A stretch of 64,000 nt of DNA from an uncultured Prolixibacteraceae bacterium (GCA_963816685.1 CAWFMB010000035.1:2490-66489); one strand, 5' to 3'; positions 41,607 through 52,531 are shown, counted from the stretch's first letter. Notes: a model not told the origin generated them from the letters alone. Numbers and translations are program-made.

Positions 41607-41675
41607 ATGAAATTATTTTCTGCATATATTCTAGTCATTGGTGTGGTCATCCTAAATTTTACCGGGAAGGGCTAG
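41607..41675 (+). CDS. ilv operon leader peptide (22 aa, Ile/Leu/Val-rich)
   Basis: Hand-read ATG..TAG: MKLFSAYILVIGVVILNFTGKG. 8 of 9 consecutive residues (ILVIGVVIL) are branched-chain. It lies between the candidate promoter and the terminator hairpin upstream of ilvD. Confidence 0.6.
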   Translation: MKLFSAYILVIGVVILNFTGKG

Positions 41676-41704
41676 CTATTATATGTAGGGTTACAAGATA
41701 TAAC

Positions 41705-41737
41705 AAAGCCTTTCCTGAAATCAGGAAAGGCTTTTTT
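41705..41737 (+). terminator. Attenuator (intrinsic terminator) upstream of ilvD
   Basis: AAAGCCTTTCC-TGAAATCA-GGAAAGGCTTT followed by TTT. The upstream segment GGAAGGGCT (41665-41673) can pair with AGCCTTTCC (41707-41715) as an antiterminator. Confidence 0.7.
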
Positions 41738-41768
41738 CATGAGAAAATTAATTAAAAGACATTAAAGT

Positions 41769-43598
41769 ATGCAAATTCCATTACGCAGCGACACCACAAC
41801 ACAAGGCCGGAGAATGGCAGGAGCCAGAAGCCTTTGGCGGGCCAACGGAATGAAAGAAGAACATTTCGGAAAACCGGTTATTGCAATTGTTAATTCGTTT
41901 ACCCAGTTTGTTCCGGGTCATGCCCATTTACACAGCATCGGACAATATATAAAGGGTATGATTGAGGAAAAAGGCTTCTTTGCAGCCGAATTTAATACAA
42001 TTGCAATCGATGATGGAATTGCAATGGGGCACGACGGAATGTTGTATTCCCTCCCCTCGCGCGATGTAATTGCTGACAGTGTTGAATACATGTGCAACGG
42101 CCACAAGGTGGATGCAATGATTTGCATTTCAAATTGCGATAAAATTACGCCAGGAATGCTTATGGGAGCTATGCGATTAAATATCCCTGCAATTTTTGTT
42201 TCCGGCGGGCCAATGGAAGCCGGAGAAATTGACGGAAAACATCTCGACCTGGTGGATGCTATGGTAATGGCTGCCGACCAATCGGTTACTGACCGGCAAC
42301 TTGCGGCTGTTGAACAAAATGCCTGTCCTACCTGCGGTTCCTGTTCAGGAATGTTTACAGCAAATTCAATGAACTGCCTTGCCGAAGCAATTGGCATGGC
42401 GCTTCCGGGAAACGGGACAATTGTTGCCACTCACGCTAACCGAAAAAGGTTGTTTGAAGAAGCAGTTGAAAAAATTATAAATGCAACAAAAAAATATTAT
42501 TTCGAAGGTGATGATTCTGTACTTCCAAGAAACATTGCTACCCGTAATGCATTCTTAAATGCAATGAAACTCGATATTGCAATGGGAGGTTCAACCAATA
42601 CGGTTTTACATCTGCTTGCCATTGCCCATGAGGCAGAAGTCGATTTTACAATGAAAGATATCGATCAGCTTTCGCGGGAAACACCCAACCTATGCAAAGT
42701 AGCGCCTAGTTCGCACTACCACGTTCAGGATGTAAACCGGGCTGGTGGAATTCTTTCCATTATGGGAGAACTCGATCGGGCAGGATTGATTGAAACTTCT
42801 GTAAACCGTGTGGATGGCCGCAGCTTAAAGCAAGCCATCGAAGAATATGATATAACACTTGCAACTGCTTCTGAAGATGCAAGGAAACGTTTTTTATCTT
42901 CTCCCGGAAACGGGCAGCGGAATTTAGTGCTTGGATCACAGGAAAACTATTACAGCGATCTGGATAACGACCGTGAAAAAGGCTGTATCCGTAATTATGA
43001 AAATGCCTACAACAAAGATGGCGGTTTGGCTGTTCTTTACGGAAATATTGCAGAAAGTGGTTGTATTGTAAAAACAGCAGGAGTTGATCCTTCTATATTC
43101 AGGTTTACCGGAAATGCAAAAGTTTTTGATTCACAGGATGATGCAGTGAACGGAATTTTAAGCGATACAGTTCAAAAAGGTGATGTAATTGTAATTCGTT
43201 ACGAAGGACCAAAAGGTGGGCCGGGAATGCAGGAAATGTTGTATCCTACTTCTTACCTGAAATCGTTGCAGCTTGATAAAGATTGTGCACTGATTACGGA
43301 CGGCCGTTTTTCAGGAGGAACATCAGGACTTTCCATCGGACATGTTTCACCCGAAGCTGCTGCAGGTGGTGCAATCGCTTTAATTAAACAAAACGATAAA
43401 ATTGAAATTGATATCGTCAACCGTTCGATAAACCTTTTGATTTCTGATGAAGATCTTGCCCTTCGCAGAAAAGAAGAAGAGGCAGCAGGCGAAAAGGCTT
43501 TTCAGCCTGCCAAACGGCAACGATATGTTTCGAAGGCGTTAAAAGCCTATGCAAGTTTAGTTTCTTCTGCCGACAGAGGAGCGGTCAGGGAAATCTGA
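41769..43598 (+). CDS. ilvD: Dihydroxy-acid dehydratase
   Basis: 609 aa. Canonical IlvD sequence (..RSLWRANG.., ..[13 protein letters not shown].., ..[10 protein letters not shown].., ..[13 protein letters not shown]..). Confidence 0.95.
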   Translation: MQIPLRSDTTTQGRRMAGARSLWRANGMKEEHFGKPVIAIVNSFTQFVPGHAHLHSIGQYIKGMIEEKGFFAAEFNTIAIDDGIAMGHDGMLYSLPSRDVIADSVEYMCNGHKVDAMICISNCDKITPGMLMGAMRLNIPAIFVSGGPMEAGEIDGKHLDLVDAMVMAADQSVTDRQLAAVEQNACPTCGSCSGMFTANSMNCLAEAIGMALPGNGTIVATHANRKRLFEEAVEKIINATKKYYFEGDDSVLPRNIATRNAFLNAMKLDIAMGGSTNTVLHLLAIAHEAEVDFTMKDIDQLSRETPNLCKVAPSSHYHVQDVNRAGGILSIMGELDRAGLIETSVNRVDGRSLKQAIEEYDITLATASEDARKRFLSSPGNGQRNLVLGSQENYYSDLDNDREKGCIRNYENAYNKDGGLAVLYGNIAESGCIVKTAGVDPSIFRFTGNAKVFDSQDDAVNGILSDTVQKGDVIVIRYEGPKGGPGMQEMLYPTSYLKSLQLDKDCALITDGRFSGGTSGLSIGHVSPEAAAGGAIALIKQNDKIEIDIVNRSINLLISDEDLALRRKEEEAAGEKAFQPAKRQRYVSKALKAYASLVSSADRGAVREI

Positions 43599-43692
43599 AA
43601 CTAATATTTAATGAGTAAGGAATTAAACAAAATTAAATAAAAACAACGGCTCGATGCTTCGGCAGGAAGCTCACAGTTAAAAAAGTAAAAGT

Positions 43693-45390
43693 ATGACGAA
43701 GAGAAAAGTTACCGGTTCACAAGCCACCATTCTTTCATTGCTGGAAGAAGGTGTTGATACCATTTTTGGTTATCCGGGCGGTGCTATTATGCCCGTTTAT
43801 GATGCTTTGTACGATTTTGATAAAAATGTTAAACATATACTGACACGGCATGAACAGGGAGCGGTGCACGCTGCCGAAGGTTATGCACGGGTCACCGGGA
43901 AAGCCGGTGTCTGCTTTGCCACTTCCGGACCTGGTGCAACCAACCTCATTACCGGAATTGCAGATGCAATGATTGATTCAACTCCCCTTGTTTGTATCAC
44001 AGGGCAGGTTGCTTCGCCGCTGCTGGGAACCGATGCGTTCCAGGAATCGGATGTGATCAGTATTTCAATGCCAATAACCAAATGGAATTACCAGGTAACT
44101 TCACCGGAAGAAATTCCAGGTGCCATTGCGCAGGCATTTTATATTGCACAATCCGGCAGACCCGGACCTGTGTTAATCGATTTAACGAAAGATGCACAGT
44201 TTGGCGAACTTGATTTTGAATATAAAAAATGCACCCGCATCAGAAGTTATATTCCGGAATCACCAATTGATCCTTTCAAAATTAAAGAAGCTGCAGATTT
44301 AATTAACAAGGCAAAACGCCCGTTGATTTTGTTCGGTCAGGGTGTAATTATTGGAAATGCTGAGGAAGAATTTAAAGCATTCGTAGAAAAAACAGGGATT
44401 CCTGCAGCCTGGACATTGCTTGGTTTATCGGCAATGCCTACTGATCACCCGTTGAATGTGGGTATGCTTGGAATGCACGGAAATTACGGACCAAACCTGC
44501 TCACAAACGAAGCTGATTTGATTATTGCTGTTGGAATGCGTTTCGATGATCGTGTAACCGGTAAAGTAAGCACCTATGTGAAAGACGCAAAAGTCATTCA
44601 CCTTGAAATCGATCAGTCTGAAATTAATAAAATTATAACAGCAGACGTTCCGATTCTAGGAGGTGCAAAAAAATCACTCCAAATGCTTATTGACAATGTA
44701 AAGGAAAATAAACACGAGGAATGGCTGAACCGGTTTCGCGAATGTGATAAAATTGAAAACGAAAAAATTATTCATAACGATTTGTATCCTGAGAAACCGG
44801 GACTTACTATGGGTGAAGTTATCCGGATTACTGCAGACAGAACAAATCACGAGGCTATTTTGGTTTCAGATGTTGGCCAGCACCAAATGATTGCTTCCCG
44901 TTATTTTAAGTTCAAAAAATCGAAAAGCAATGTAACTTCCGGTGGACTCGGAACAATGGGTTTTGCTTTACCGGCCAGTATGGGCGCGCAGCTCGGAGCT
45001 CCCGACCGGACAGTGGTTGCAGTAATTGGCGATGGTGGTTTTCAGATGACCATTCAGGAGTTGGGAACTATTGCTCAAAACAAACTTCCTGTTAAAATAA
45101 TTGTTCTGAATAACAACTTCCTTGGAATGGTGCGACAGTGGCAGCAACTCTTTTTCGAAAAAAGGTATTCATTTACAGAATTGCAAAATCCTGATTTTAT
45201 AGCCATCGGAAAAGGTTTTGGTATTGATGGCCACAAAGTTGAGGTTCGCGATGATTTGGAAAATGGAATTGAAAAAATGCTTCAACACGATGGTCCGTAC
45301 TTACTTGAAGTAGTTATTGAGAAGGAAGACAATGTATTTCCAATGGTACCGACGGGAGCTTCGGTTTCCGACATTATCCTTGAACCGTAA
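43693..45390 (+). CDS. ilvB: Acetolactate synthase large subunit (biosynthetic type)
   Basis: 565 aa. ThDP enzyme with GYPGGAIMPVYDAL, TSGPGATNL and the GDGGFQM..LNN ThDP-binding motif. Confidence 0.95.
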   Translation: MTKRKVTGSQATILSLLEEGVDTIFGYPGGAIMPVYDALYDFDKNVKHILTRHEQGAVHAAEGYARVTGKAGVCFATSGPGATNLITGIADAMIDSTPLVCITGQVASPLLGTDAFQESDVISISMPITKWNYQVTSPEEIPGAIAQAFYIAQSGRPGPVLIDLTKDAQFGELDFEYKKCTRIRSYIPESPIDPFKIKEAADLINKAKRPLILFGQGVIIGNAEEEFKAFVEKTGIPAAWTLLGLSAMPTDHPLNVGMLGMHGNYGPNLLTNEADLIIAVGMRFDDRVTGKVSTYVKDAKVIHLEIDQSEINKIITADVPILGGAKKSLQMLIDNVKENKHEEWLNRFRECDKIENEKIIHNDLYPEKPGLTMGEVIRITADRTNHEAILVSDVGQHQMIASRYFKFKKSKSNVTSGGLGTMGFALPASMGAQLGAPDRTVVAVIGDGGFQMTIQELGTIAQNKLPVKIIVLNNNFLGMVRQWQQLFFEKRYSFTELQNPDFIAIGKGFGIDGHKVEVRDDLENGIEKMLQHDGPYLLEVVIEKEDNVFPMVPTGASVSDIILEP

Positions 45391-45421
45391 ATAATTTCAG
45401 GTAAAATTTAAAATCAATAAA

Positions 45422-45964
45422 ATGAGACAAGAATATATAATTACAGTTTATTCAGAAAACCACATTGGTCTGCTCACCCGGATTACTATCGTTTTTACGC
45501 GCCGGAAAGTAAACATCGAAAGCCTCACCGTTTCAGAATCTGCAATACCAGGTGTGTATAAATTCACTATTGTCATAAAGGCAACAAAAGAATTAACGAC
45601 TAAAATAGCGGGGCAAATCGAAAAACAAATTGATGTGTTGAAAGCATTTTATCACACCAACGAAGAAATGATTTACCAGGAAATTGCATTGTATAAAGTT
45701 CCAACTGAAGCGCTTTATGAAAACGATACAATTGAAAAAGTAGTACGTAATTCAGGTGCACGCATTCTTGAAATTACAAGGGAATATACAGTGATTGAAA
45801 AAACAGGGCATAAAAATGAAACGCAGGCTTTGTTTGAAGAATTGAACAAAGCAAAAGTAATGCAGTTTATACGTTCAGGACGGGTAGCTTTAACACGCGA
45901 TCCAATTGAACGGCTTTCAGAGTTTTTAAAGGAAAGAGATGCGATGCTCGACAGCCTGGATTAA
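45422..45964 (+). CDS. ilvN: Acetolactate synthase small (regulatory) subunit
   Basis: 180 aa. ACT domain start YIITVYSENHIGLLTRITIVFTRRKVNIESL. Position immediately after ilvB. Confidence 0.9.
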   Translation: MRQEYIITVYSENHIGLLTRITIVFTRRKVNIESLTVSESAIPGVYKFTIVIKATKELTTKIAGQIEKQIDVLKAFYHTNEEMIYQEIALYKVPTEALYENDTIEKVVRNSGARILEITREYTVIEKTGHKNETQALFEELNKAKVMQFIRSGRVALTRDPIERLSEFLKERDAMLDSLD

Positions 45965-46079
45965 ATTCTGTTTAAGCATGGGCAGCAATATCAGATGAGA
46001 ATGAAAACTAAGGAAAAAATGATAAATTTGCAGCAGAATCAAAGGAAAATCAAAAATTTATAACATCAACAATAAAATT

Positions 46080-47129
46080 ATGGCACAAATTAATTTTGGC
46101 GGAGAAAGTGAAAACGTAGTACTTCGCGAAGAATTCCCAATTGAAAAAGCAAGGGAAATTTTAAAAAACGAAACAATAGCTATTATCGGTTATGGTGTTC
46201 AGGGACCTGCACAGGCGCTGAACATGAAAGACCAGGGTTTTAACGTGATTATTGGCCAGGCTCCTGAATTTAAGGAAGACTGGGAAAAAGCAATTCGCGA
46301 TGGATTTGTACCCGGAGAAACACTATTCCCGGTGGAAGAAGCAGCAAAAAAAGGCACTGTTATTCAGTACCTGGTTTCTGATGCAGCACAACGTATTCTC
46401 TGGCCAAAACTGAAACCTTGTTTAAACGAAGGCGATGCCCTTTATTTTTCTCATGGTTTCTCGATTACCTATAAAGAACAGACCGGTGTTATTCCTCCGG
46501 AAAATGTTGACGTTATCCTGGTGGCACCAAAAGGTTCGGGAGCAAGTGTCCGCACCAACTTTTTAGCTGGCAACGGAATCAATTCTAGTTATGCTGTATT
46601 TCAGGATTATACAGGAAAAGCTGAAGAACGTGCACTTGCATTGGGAATTGCAATCGGTTCAGGTTATCTGTTCCCTACAACTTTCCAAAATGAAGTTTAC
46701 TCCGACCTGACTGGTGAACGTGGTGTTTTAATGGGTGCACTGGCCGGAATTATTGAAGCTCAGTATAAGGTATTGCGCGACAATGGACACAGTCCATCGG
46801 AAGCATTTAATGAAACAGTAGAAGAACTTACCCAGAGTCTGATTCGCCTGGTTGACCAAAAAGGAATGGACTGGATGTATGCAAACTGCAGTGCCACTGC
46901 GCAACGCGGTGCCCTCGACTGGAGACACAAGTTCCGTGAAGCTACACTTCCTGTATTCAATGATTTGTACGAAAGTGTTAAATCGGGCACCGAAACAAAA
47001 CGTGTACTCGATTCAACAAGCGCCACTGATTACAAAACCAGCCTCAATGCCGAACTTACCGAAATGCGGGAATCGGAATTATGGCAGGCCGGAGCGGCAG
47101 TTCGTAAACTGAGACCCGGGAAACAATAA
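46080..47129 (+). CDS. ilvC: Ketol-acid reductoisomerase (class I)
   Basis: 349 aa. GYGVQGPAQALNMKDQG Rossmann motif and ..DLTGERGVLMG... Confidence 0.95.
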   Translation: MAQINFGGESENVVLREEFPIEKAREILKNETIAIIGYGVQGPAQALNMKDQGFNVIIGQAPEFKEDWEKAIRDGFVPGETLFPVEEAAKKGTVIQYLVSDAAQRILWPKLKPCLNEGDALYFSHGFSITYKEQTGVIPPENVDVILVAPKGSGASVRTNFLAGNGINSSYAVFQDYTGKAEERALALGIAIGSGYLFPTTFQNEVYSDLTGERGVLMGALAGIIEAQYKVLRDNGHSPSEAFNETVEELTQSLIRLVDQKGMDWMYANCSATAQRGALDWRHKFREATLPVFNDLYESVKSGTETKRVLDSTSATDYKTSLNAELTEMRESELWQAGAAVRKLRPGKQ

Positions 47130-47156
47130 AATTTAAATTTAACAGATATAAATATT

Positions 47157-47189
47157 GCCTGTTTGGATAGTACCGGACAGGCTTTTTTT
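47157..47189 (+). terminator. Rho-independent terminator after ilvC
   Basis: GCCTGTTTGG-ATAGTA-CCGGACAGGC (two G-U pairs) followed by TTTTTTT. Confidence 0.7.
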
Positions 47190-47274
47190 ATGATCCTTAT
47201 TAAATCATCAACTGAACCTGTTTCTGTCTTCAGGTTTTAAAATTTCTTTTTACCTTTACTTTGATAAAAATGAA

Positions 47275-48114
47275 ATGCAAATGAATAAACCCGGAGGCAT
47301 ACTTTTAATTTTACTTATATTTAGTTTTACAAATGGACACGCAGGTGATTTTTTCCCAAATAACAATTCAACTTTGCACCTGAATCATACTTTATCCAAT
47401 TCGGCCAGTCATCAGCTTTCAGTTTCCGAAATTAATTTATTTCACAAAGATTCCATTCACAGACTGGATTTCAGATATCCTTACGAAAGAAAGGGTCTGA
47501 AACCATACATTGCTCCTGCCCTGCTGATTACAGCCGGTACAACAATACAATTTTTTCCGGGAATAAAAGAAGGTGTACGGGATTTTGCACAGGAAAATTT
47601 TGCCTATCACGGGCCGGTTGAAGATTATATTCAATATGCGCCACTTGTATCGGTTTATGTTTTAAATGCGTTTGGCATTGAGGGGAAAAATAACTTTGGA
47701 AACCGCACTGCACTGGCATTTAAAAGTTTTTTACTTCGGCAGATTATTGTGACTTCATTAAAATCGATAACAAAAGTAAGGCGACCAAACGGAGATATGC
47801 GCTCATTTCCTTCCGGTCATTCATCATTTGCTTTTGCCATGGCTCATTTCATGCATCACGAATATGAAGACCAAAGTCCGTGGTACAGTGTTGGCGCATA
47901 TTCCTGCGCAACCGCCGTTGCTGTGATGCGCGTGGCAAAAAATGCACACTGGATTTCTGATGTGGTCGCAGGTGCCGGAATCGGAATATTATCAACTGAA
48001 CTTGTTTACCTAACCCACCAATATAAATGGGACAGGGAACATCTGAAAAACTGGGATATTTTCCCTTTTCAGGCAGGAGATCAAAAAGGAGTGACAATGT
48101 TGTACACCTTTTGA
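47275..48114 (+). CDS. PAP2 superfamily phosphatase
   Basis: 279 aa. The three PAP2 motifs: KVRRPNG, PSGHS, and HWISDVVAGAGIG. Confidence 0.85.
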   Translation: MQMNKPGGILLILLIFSFTNGHAGDFFPNNNSTLHLNHTLSNSASHQLSVSEINLFHKDSIHRLDFRYPYERKGLKPYIAPALLITAGTTIQFFPGIKEGVRDFAQENFAYHGPVEDYIQYAPLVSVYVLNAFGIEGKNNFGNRTALAFKSFLLRQIIVTSLKSITKVRRPNGDMRSFPSGHSSFAFAMAHFMHHEYEDQSPWYSVGAYSCATAVAVMRVAKNAHWISDVVAGAGIGILSTELVYLTHQYKWDREHLKNWDIFPFQAGDQKGVTMLYTF

Positions 48115-48115
48115 A

Positions 48116-48451
48116 TTATAAAAAATCTTCCCTTAATGGAGAAAAACTATCAATCAGCCGCACTTTTTCAGTAAGCAGCTTAATGGTGTGCTTTTTATCC
48201 GGAGGAACTGCAAACATATCTCCGGCTTTTAAATGCTGGTCCGGTTCATCCTCACAATAAAAAATAATTTCGCCTGCCGCAACATATGAAGTTTGTACAT
48301 GCGGATGCGAATGGGGTGGCTCCGGCTCTTCCCAGGGGCCGCTGTTAAAATCTATTAAAACAGTCATCAAATTACCTGTATAAATGATCTTTCGATCGAG
48401 TCCTTCTTTTACATGTTCATACTGAACTTCGTCAAATCTTAGTACGGCCAT
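48116..48451 (-). CDS. Cupin domain protein
   Basis: 111 aa. The HSHPHVQTSYVAAGE ... GDMFAVPPDKKH pattern is typical of a small cupin. Confidence 0.8.
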   Translation of the reverse strand: MAVLRFDEVQYEHVKEGLDRKIIYTGNLMTVLIDFNSGPWEEPEPPHSHPHVQTSYVAAGEIIFYCEDEPDQHLKAGDMFAVPPDKKHTIKLLTEKVRLIDSFSPLREDFL

Positions 48452-48565
48452 AATATTTTAACTTTTATAATACTTAAATTTAGTACAAAAATTCAAAACG
48501 AGCATTGAGGGATAAAAAAGTCCTTATTTTATTTGTCGTTTAAATTGTTAATTACCCTGAATGGT

Positions 48566-48597
48566 TTTGCAGCAATACCTGCTTTTTTCTACTTTTG
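48566..48597 (+). promoter_or_regulatory. Bacteroidota sigma-A type promoter of the polysaccharide locus
   Basis: TTTG (48566-48569) - N20 - TACTTTTG (48590-48597), 38 nt upstream of the upxY-like ATG. Fits the TTTG/TAnnTTTG consensus and spacing. Confidence 0.55.
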
Positions 48598-48634
48598 CCA
48601 AAAATTAACTTGTTAGCACCTTTGAAAAGTAAGA

Positions 48635-49159
48635 ATGAGTACGCTGAATCCCAATTGCAAATTGTGGCATGTCATATACACCCGGTCAAGGGCTGAAAAA
48701 AAGGTCCACGTTGATCTAACTGCACAGGGTATTGAATGTTTTTTGCCGCTTCAAAAAAAGCTCCGGCAGTGGAAAGACCGTAAAAAATGGATAGAAACTC
48801 CATTGATTTCCGGCTACTGTTTTGTTAATATCAGCAAAACTGAATTCGATAAAGTATTGCAAACCGATAATGTAGTATGTTATATTACATTTGACGGAAA
48901 GGCAGCCGTGATTCCGGAAAGGCAGATCAATTTTCTCAAACAAATGATGCACCAGTCGGAATTTGAGGTAACCGTATCGCACAAAAATTTTGAACCCGGC
49001 CAGAAGGTTGAAATAATTGCCGGACCATTAATTGGTCTGCGGGGTGAACTTGTAGAAGCCCGCGGCAAACAAAAATTCATTCTGCGTTTCGAACAAATTA
49101 ACCAGATTTTTACAATTGAAGTGTCGGCTAATAATCTTAGTTATTTGCCTTCGGAATAG
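48635..49159 (+). CDS. UpxY family NusG-like transcription antiterminator
   Basis: 174 aa. WHVIYTRSRAEKKV..L..QGIECFLPL (NGN domain) plus a KOW-like GQKVEIIAGPLIGLRGELVE. First gene of the polysaccharide locus. Confidence 0.85.
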   Translation: MSTLNPNCKLWHVIYTRSRAEKKVHVDLTAQGIECFLPLQKKLRQWKDRKKWIETPLISGYCFVNISKTEFDKVLQTDNVVCYITFDGKAAVIPERQINFLKQMMHQSEFEVTVSHKNFEPGQKVEIIAGPLIGLRGELVEARGKQKFILRFEQINQIFTIEVSANNLSYLPSE

Positions 49160-49489
49160 AATAATATAAAATTTTCCAGCTTCATTTAATTGGAATTTCA
49201 ATAAAAGACAATATCATGCTCTTTTCAAATTACCATAATTCAAAGTCATCCAAATATTTATAATTTGTTTAACCCACATTCATTTTGCCTGTAAATTTGG
49301 AACATTAATTTAGAATCAAAAAAGCTTGTTCAAAAGAAATATTTTCTAATTTTGGCCTCCGGATTGAATAATATTTTTACTCAATTTCTTACTTGCTTAC
49401 TTATCCATTAATGTAAGTGAGGAAGCGGAGCCGTCTATAAATCCATGTAATTTTCATTCCGGCTTTTCTTATAAATCCAAAACCAAAGA

Positions 49490-50014
49490 GTGCTTAACAC
49501 ATTAATAACGAATAAAACACGGTTAAAACTGCTGCTGAAATTTTTCCTGAACAGCAACACACGGAGTTACCTGCGCAATCTCGAAACTGAATTTGGTGAA
49601 TCCACCAATGCAATCAGGCTCGAATTGAACCGCTTCGAAAAAGCAGGGCTGTTGGAAGCTTCTCTTTCAGGAAATAAAAAAATGTTTCAGGCCAACACCA
49701 AGCACCCGCTGTTTAACGACATTAACAGCATCCTCCAAAAAATGGTGGGAATCGATCGGATAATCGAAGAAGTTACTTCGCATCTTGGTGATTTAAAAGA
49801 AGCGTATCTGACGGGTGAATTTGCCAAAGGAAACGATTCAGGTGTAATAGACCTGGTACTGGTTGGAACTACATTTGACCGCATGTATATCACCACATTG
49901 GTTGAGAAGACTGAAAAACTGATAAACAGGAAAATTAAGTTTATTACCATTAATGAAAAGGAAAAAGATGAAATTTTAAACCATTCTCCGGCTTTACTCA
50001 TCTGGAAAGCTTAA
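49490..50014 (+). CDS. Winged-helix transcriptional regulator (GTG start)
   Basis: 174 aa. RLKLLLKFFLNSNTRSYLRNLETEFGESTNAIRLELNRFEKAGLL is ArsR/wHTH-like. There is no in-frame ATG before residue 64, so GTG at 49490 is taken. Confidence 0.6.
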   Translation: MLNTLITNKTRLKLLLKFFLNSNTRSYLRNLETEFGESTNAIRLELNRFEKAGLLEASLSGNKKMFQANTKHPLFNDINSILQKMVGIDRIIEEVTSHLGDLKEAYLTGEFAKGNDSGVIDLVLVGTTFDRMYITTLVEKTEKLINRKIKFITINEKEKDEILNHSPALLIWKA

Positions 50015-50052
50015 ATTTGCATTTTTATTAAACCAAAAAATCCATATTCTTA

Positions 50053-52422
50053 ATGATAAGATCAATTCAACTATCTGAAATACGGTTTATATCCGTTAAA
50101 ATTCTCCTTCTGCTTATTATCCTTTCTTCCGGAACGATAATTTCAGCACAGGACACAAAAAACGTTCAGGATGTAAAAAATGTCGACGTTAATAAATTGC
50201 CGGATTCAGAAATTCAACGGGCAAGAAAAGCAATGGATGAGGCCGGGCTAACACTTCAACAAGCCATTGAACTCGCACGCCAAAGGGGAGCCACTGAACA
50301 GCAGATTATGGAAATGCGAAAAAGACTGATGCAGACATCCCAAAGAGGCGACACCATTTGGAATGCTCAGCAACTGGAAGGTATGGGTTTGATGCCGCCG
50401 GATGAGTTACCCGATTCCGTACAGCGGCTTAAACAGGAAAAAACAAGCAGAATATTTGGTGCCGATCTGTTTTCCAATGAGAATCTCACTTTTGAACCCA
50501 GTCTTTACATTCAAACCCCTAAAAATTATGAATTGGGAATTGGCGATCAGATCATTATCAACATTTGGGGAAATTCGCAAAATAGTTACCAGCTCACGGT
50601 AAATACAAGCGGGCAAATCATCATTCCCGATGTGGGGCCGGTTTATGTTGCCGGAATGACATTTAATGCTGCTGAAGAAAAAATCAAACAGCGGTTGACT
50701 TCAATTTATGCAGATATGGGCGGAAACAATCCTCAAACCTTTGCTCAGCTGAACATTGGCCGGTTGCGATCAATAAGGGTGAACCTTGTGGGGGAAGTTT
50801 CCACTCCCGGAACTTATACACTTCCGGTAACAGCTACAGTATTTAATGCTCTTTACCTTTCCGGCGGCCCCGACAGCATTGGCTCTTTCCGCTCCATTAA
50901 AGTTATCCGCAACAATAAAATTGCTCAATCGGTGGATATTTATAAATTTCTTGTCGATGCAGATCCTTCTGACAATGTGCAGTTAATGGACCAGGATATT
51001 GTATTGATTCCGCCTATAGAGAAAAGAGTGGAAGCAGTAGGTGAATTCAAACGCACCGGTTTATTCGAAATGAAAGAAGATGAAACAGTGGCAGATTTAA
51101 TTCGTTTTGCCGGCGGTTTTACCGGTAGCGCCTACCTGGCCAGCATTCAGATTCAGCGAAAAACACAGCGGGGTTTGCAAATAATTGACGTTCCGATGGA
51201 TAAAATTAACTCCACAGCGCTAATGAACGGAGATGTAGTCAGCAACGGAAAAATACAGGAACGTTTTGTGAACAGAGTCACTATCAACGGCGCCGTTAAT
51301 CGCCCCGGTGAATATGAATTTACACCGGGAATGTTACTAACCGATTTAATTTATAAAGCCGATAGTCTGAAAGAAAATGCATTTCTCAACAGGGGCCTCA
51401 TCACCCGCCTAAACCCGGATTCTACAACTACATCCATTGCTTTCGATCTTAGAAAAATAATGTCAGGCAAAAGAAATATCACTTTAAAACGGGAAGATAT
51501 GGTATTGATTAAATCGCGCTATGACTTGCAGGAAGAACCATATATCCTTGTGGCAGGAGAAGTGAATGAACCGGGCCAGTTTGATTATTCACAGGAAATG
51601 ACACTTGGTGATGCAATTTTTCTTGCTGGCGGTTTAACCGAAGCTGCCGACAGCACATTTGTGGAAGTGGCAAGGAGGTTAAGCTACAGCGAAGCTGCAG
51701 AACTCTCCGATGATATGGTGCACATTTTTACCTTTAATCTTTCACGCGGATTAAACGTTAAGGAAGAGGATTCCGGTTTTAAACTGCTTCCCTTCGACAG
51801 GGTTGCTGTTCGCCGGGCTCCGGGATTCCGGGAGCAGGCTACGGCAACAGTCAAGGGCGAAGTAAAATATTCGGGCGATTATGCCATAAGCAACAAAAAC
51901 CAGCGCATTTCCGACCTTGTAAAGATGGCAGGTGGTACAACTCCCCAGGCTTATACTGAAGGCGCTTCATTTACACGTAAAACGGAAGAGCTCGGTTATG
52001 AAAATGTAGCCATCAACCTGAATGTTATCATGAACAATCAGGGAAGTGAAAATGATTTGCTCCTGCGCGACGGCGACGAATTAAATGTTCCTGAGTTCAT
52101 GCAGACGGTAAAAGTTTCAGGCAGTGTGCAAAATCCTTTTTCCATTACGTGGGAAGAGGGAAAAAGTCTTTCATATTACATCAATCGTGCCGGCGGTTAC
52201 AGCGCTGATGCAATGGTTAGAAAAACGTATGTAAAATATGCCAACGGTTCCACAGCGACTACTAAAGGGTTATTAAACAGGAGTTATCCTGAAATCAGGC
52301 CGGGCAGCCAGATTGTGGTTCCGCAAAAGCCAGAAAAGGAAAATGTGGGTGTTGGTCAGTGGCTCTCCATTGCCAGTGCTTTTTCTTCCATCGCTGTTGC
52401 CATTGCCGCTGTATTAAGATAA
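50053..52422 (+). CDS. Polysaccharide export protein (Wza-like, multiple SLBB domains)
   Basis: 789 aa. Poly_export segment YELGIGDQIIINIWGN..GQIIIPDVGPVYVAGMT and repeated SLBB-like modules. Confidence 0.85.
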   Translation: MIRSIQLSEIRFISVKILLLLIILSSGTIISAQDTKNVQDVKNVDVNKLPDSEIQRARKAMDEAGLTLQQAIELARQRGATEQQIMEMRKRLMQTSQRGDTIWNAQQLEGMGLMPPDELPDSVQRLKQEKTSRIFGADLFSNENLTFEPSLYIQTPKNYELGIGDQIIINIWGNSQNSYQLTVNTSGQIIIPDVGPVYVAGMTFNAAEEKIKQRLTSIYADMGGNNPQTFAQLNIGRLRSIRVNLVGEVSTPGTYTLPVTATVFNALYLSGGPDSIGSFRSIKVIRNNKIAQSVDIYKFLVDADPSDNVQLMDQDIVLIPPIEKRVEAVGEFKRTGLFEMKEDETVADLIRFAGGFTGSAYLASIQIQRKTQRGLQIIDVPMDKINSTALMNGDVVSNGKIQERFVNRVTINGAVNRPGEYEFTPGMLLTDLIYKADSLKENAFLNRGLITRLNPDSTTTSIAFDLRKIMSGKRNITLKREDMVLIKSRYDLQEEPYILVAGEVNEPGQFDYSQEMTLGDAIFLAGGLTEAADSTFVEVARRLSYSEAAELSDDMVHIFTFNLSRGLNVKEEDSGFKLLPFDRVAVRRAPGFREQATATVKGEVKYSGDYAISNKNQRISDLVKMAGGTTPQAYTEGASFTRKTEELGYENVAINLNVIMNNQGSENDLLLRDGDELNVPEFMQTVKVSGSVQNPFSITWEEGKSLSYYINRAGGYSADAMVRKTYVKYANGSTATTKGLLNRSYPEIRPGSQIVVPQKPEKENVGVGQWLSIASAFSSIAVAIAAVLR

Positions 52423-52531
52423 CTTTGAAAATTATAATCAGGTTTGCAATTTATTCATTTTACAATTTGACCATTAATCAATTTGACCATTTAACAGTTT
52501 CTCAATTTATCAATTTATCATATCCCAACCG

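Noticed and set aside
41558-41755. 65-aa ORF upstream of ilvD
   Set aside because: It runs straight through the terminator hairpin. The region is better explained by a 22-codon ILV-rich leader in another frame plus an attenuator.
41918-42430. 170-aa minus-strand ORF
   Set aside because: It is antisense within the highly conserved ilvD coding sequence.
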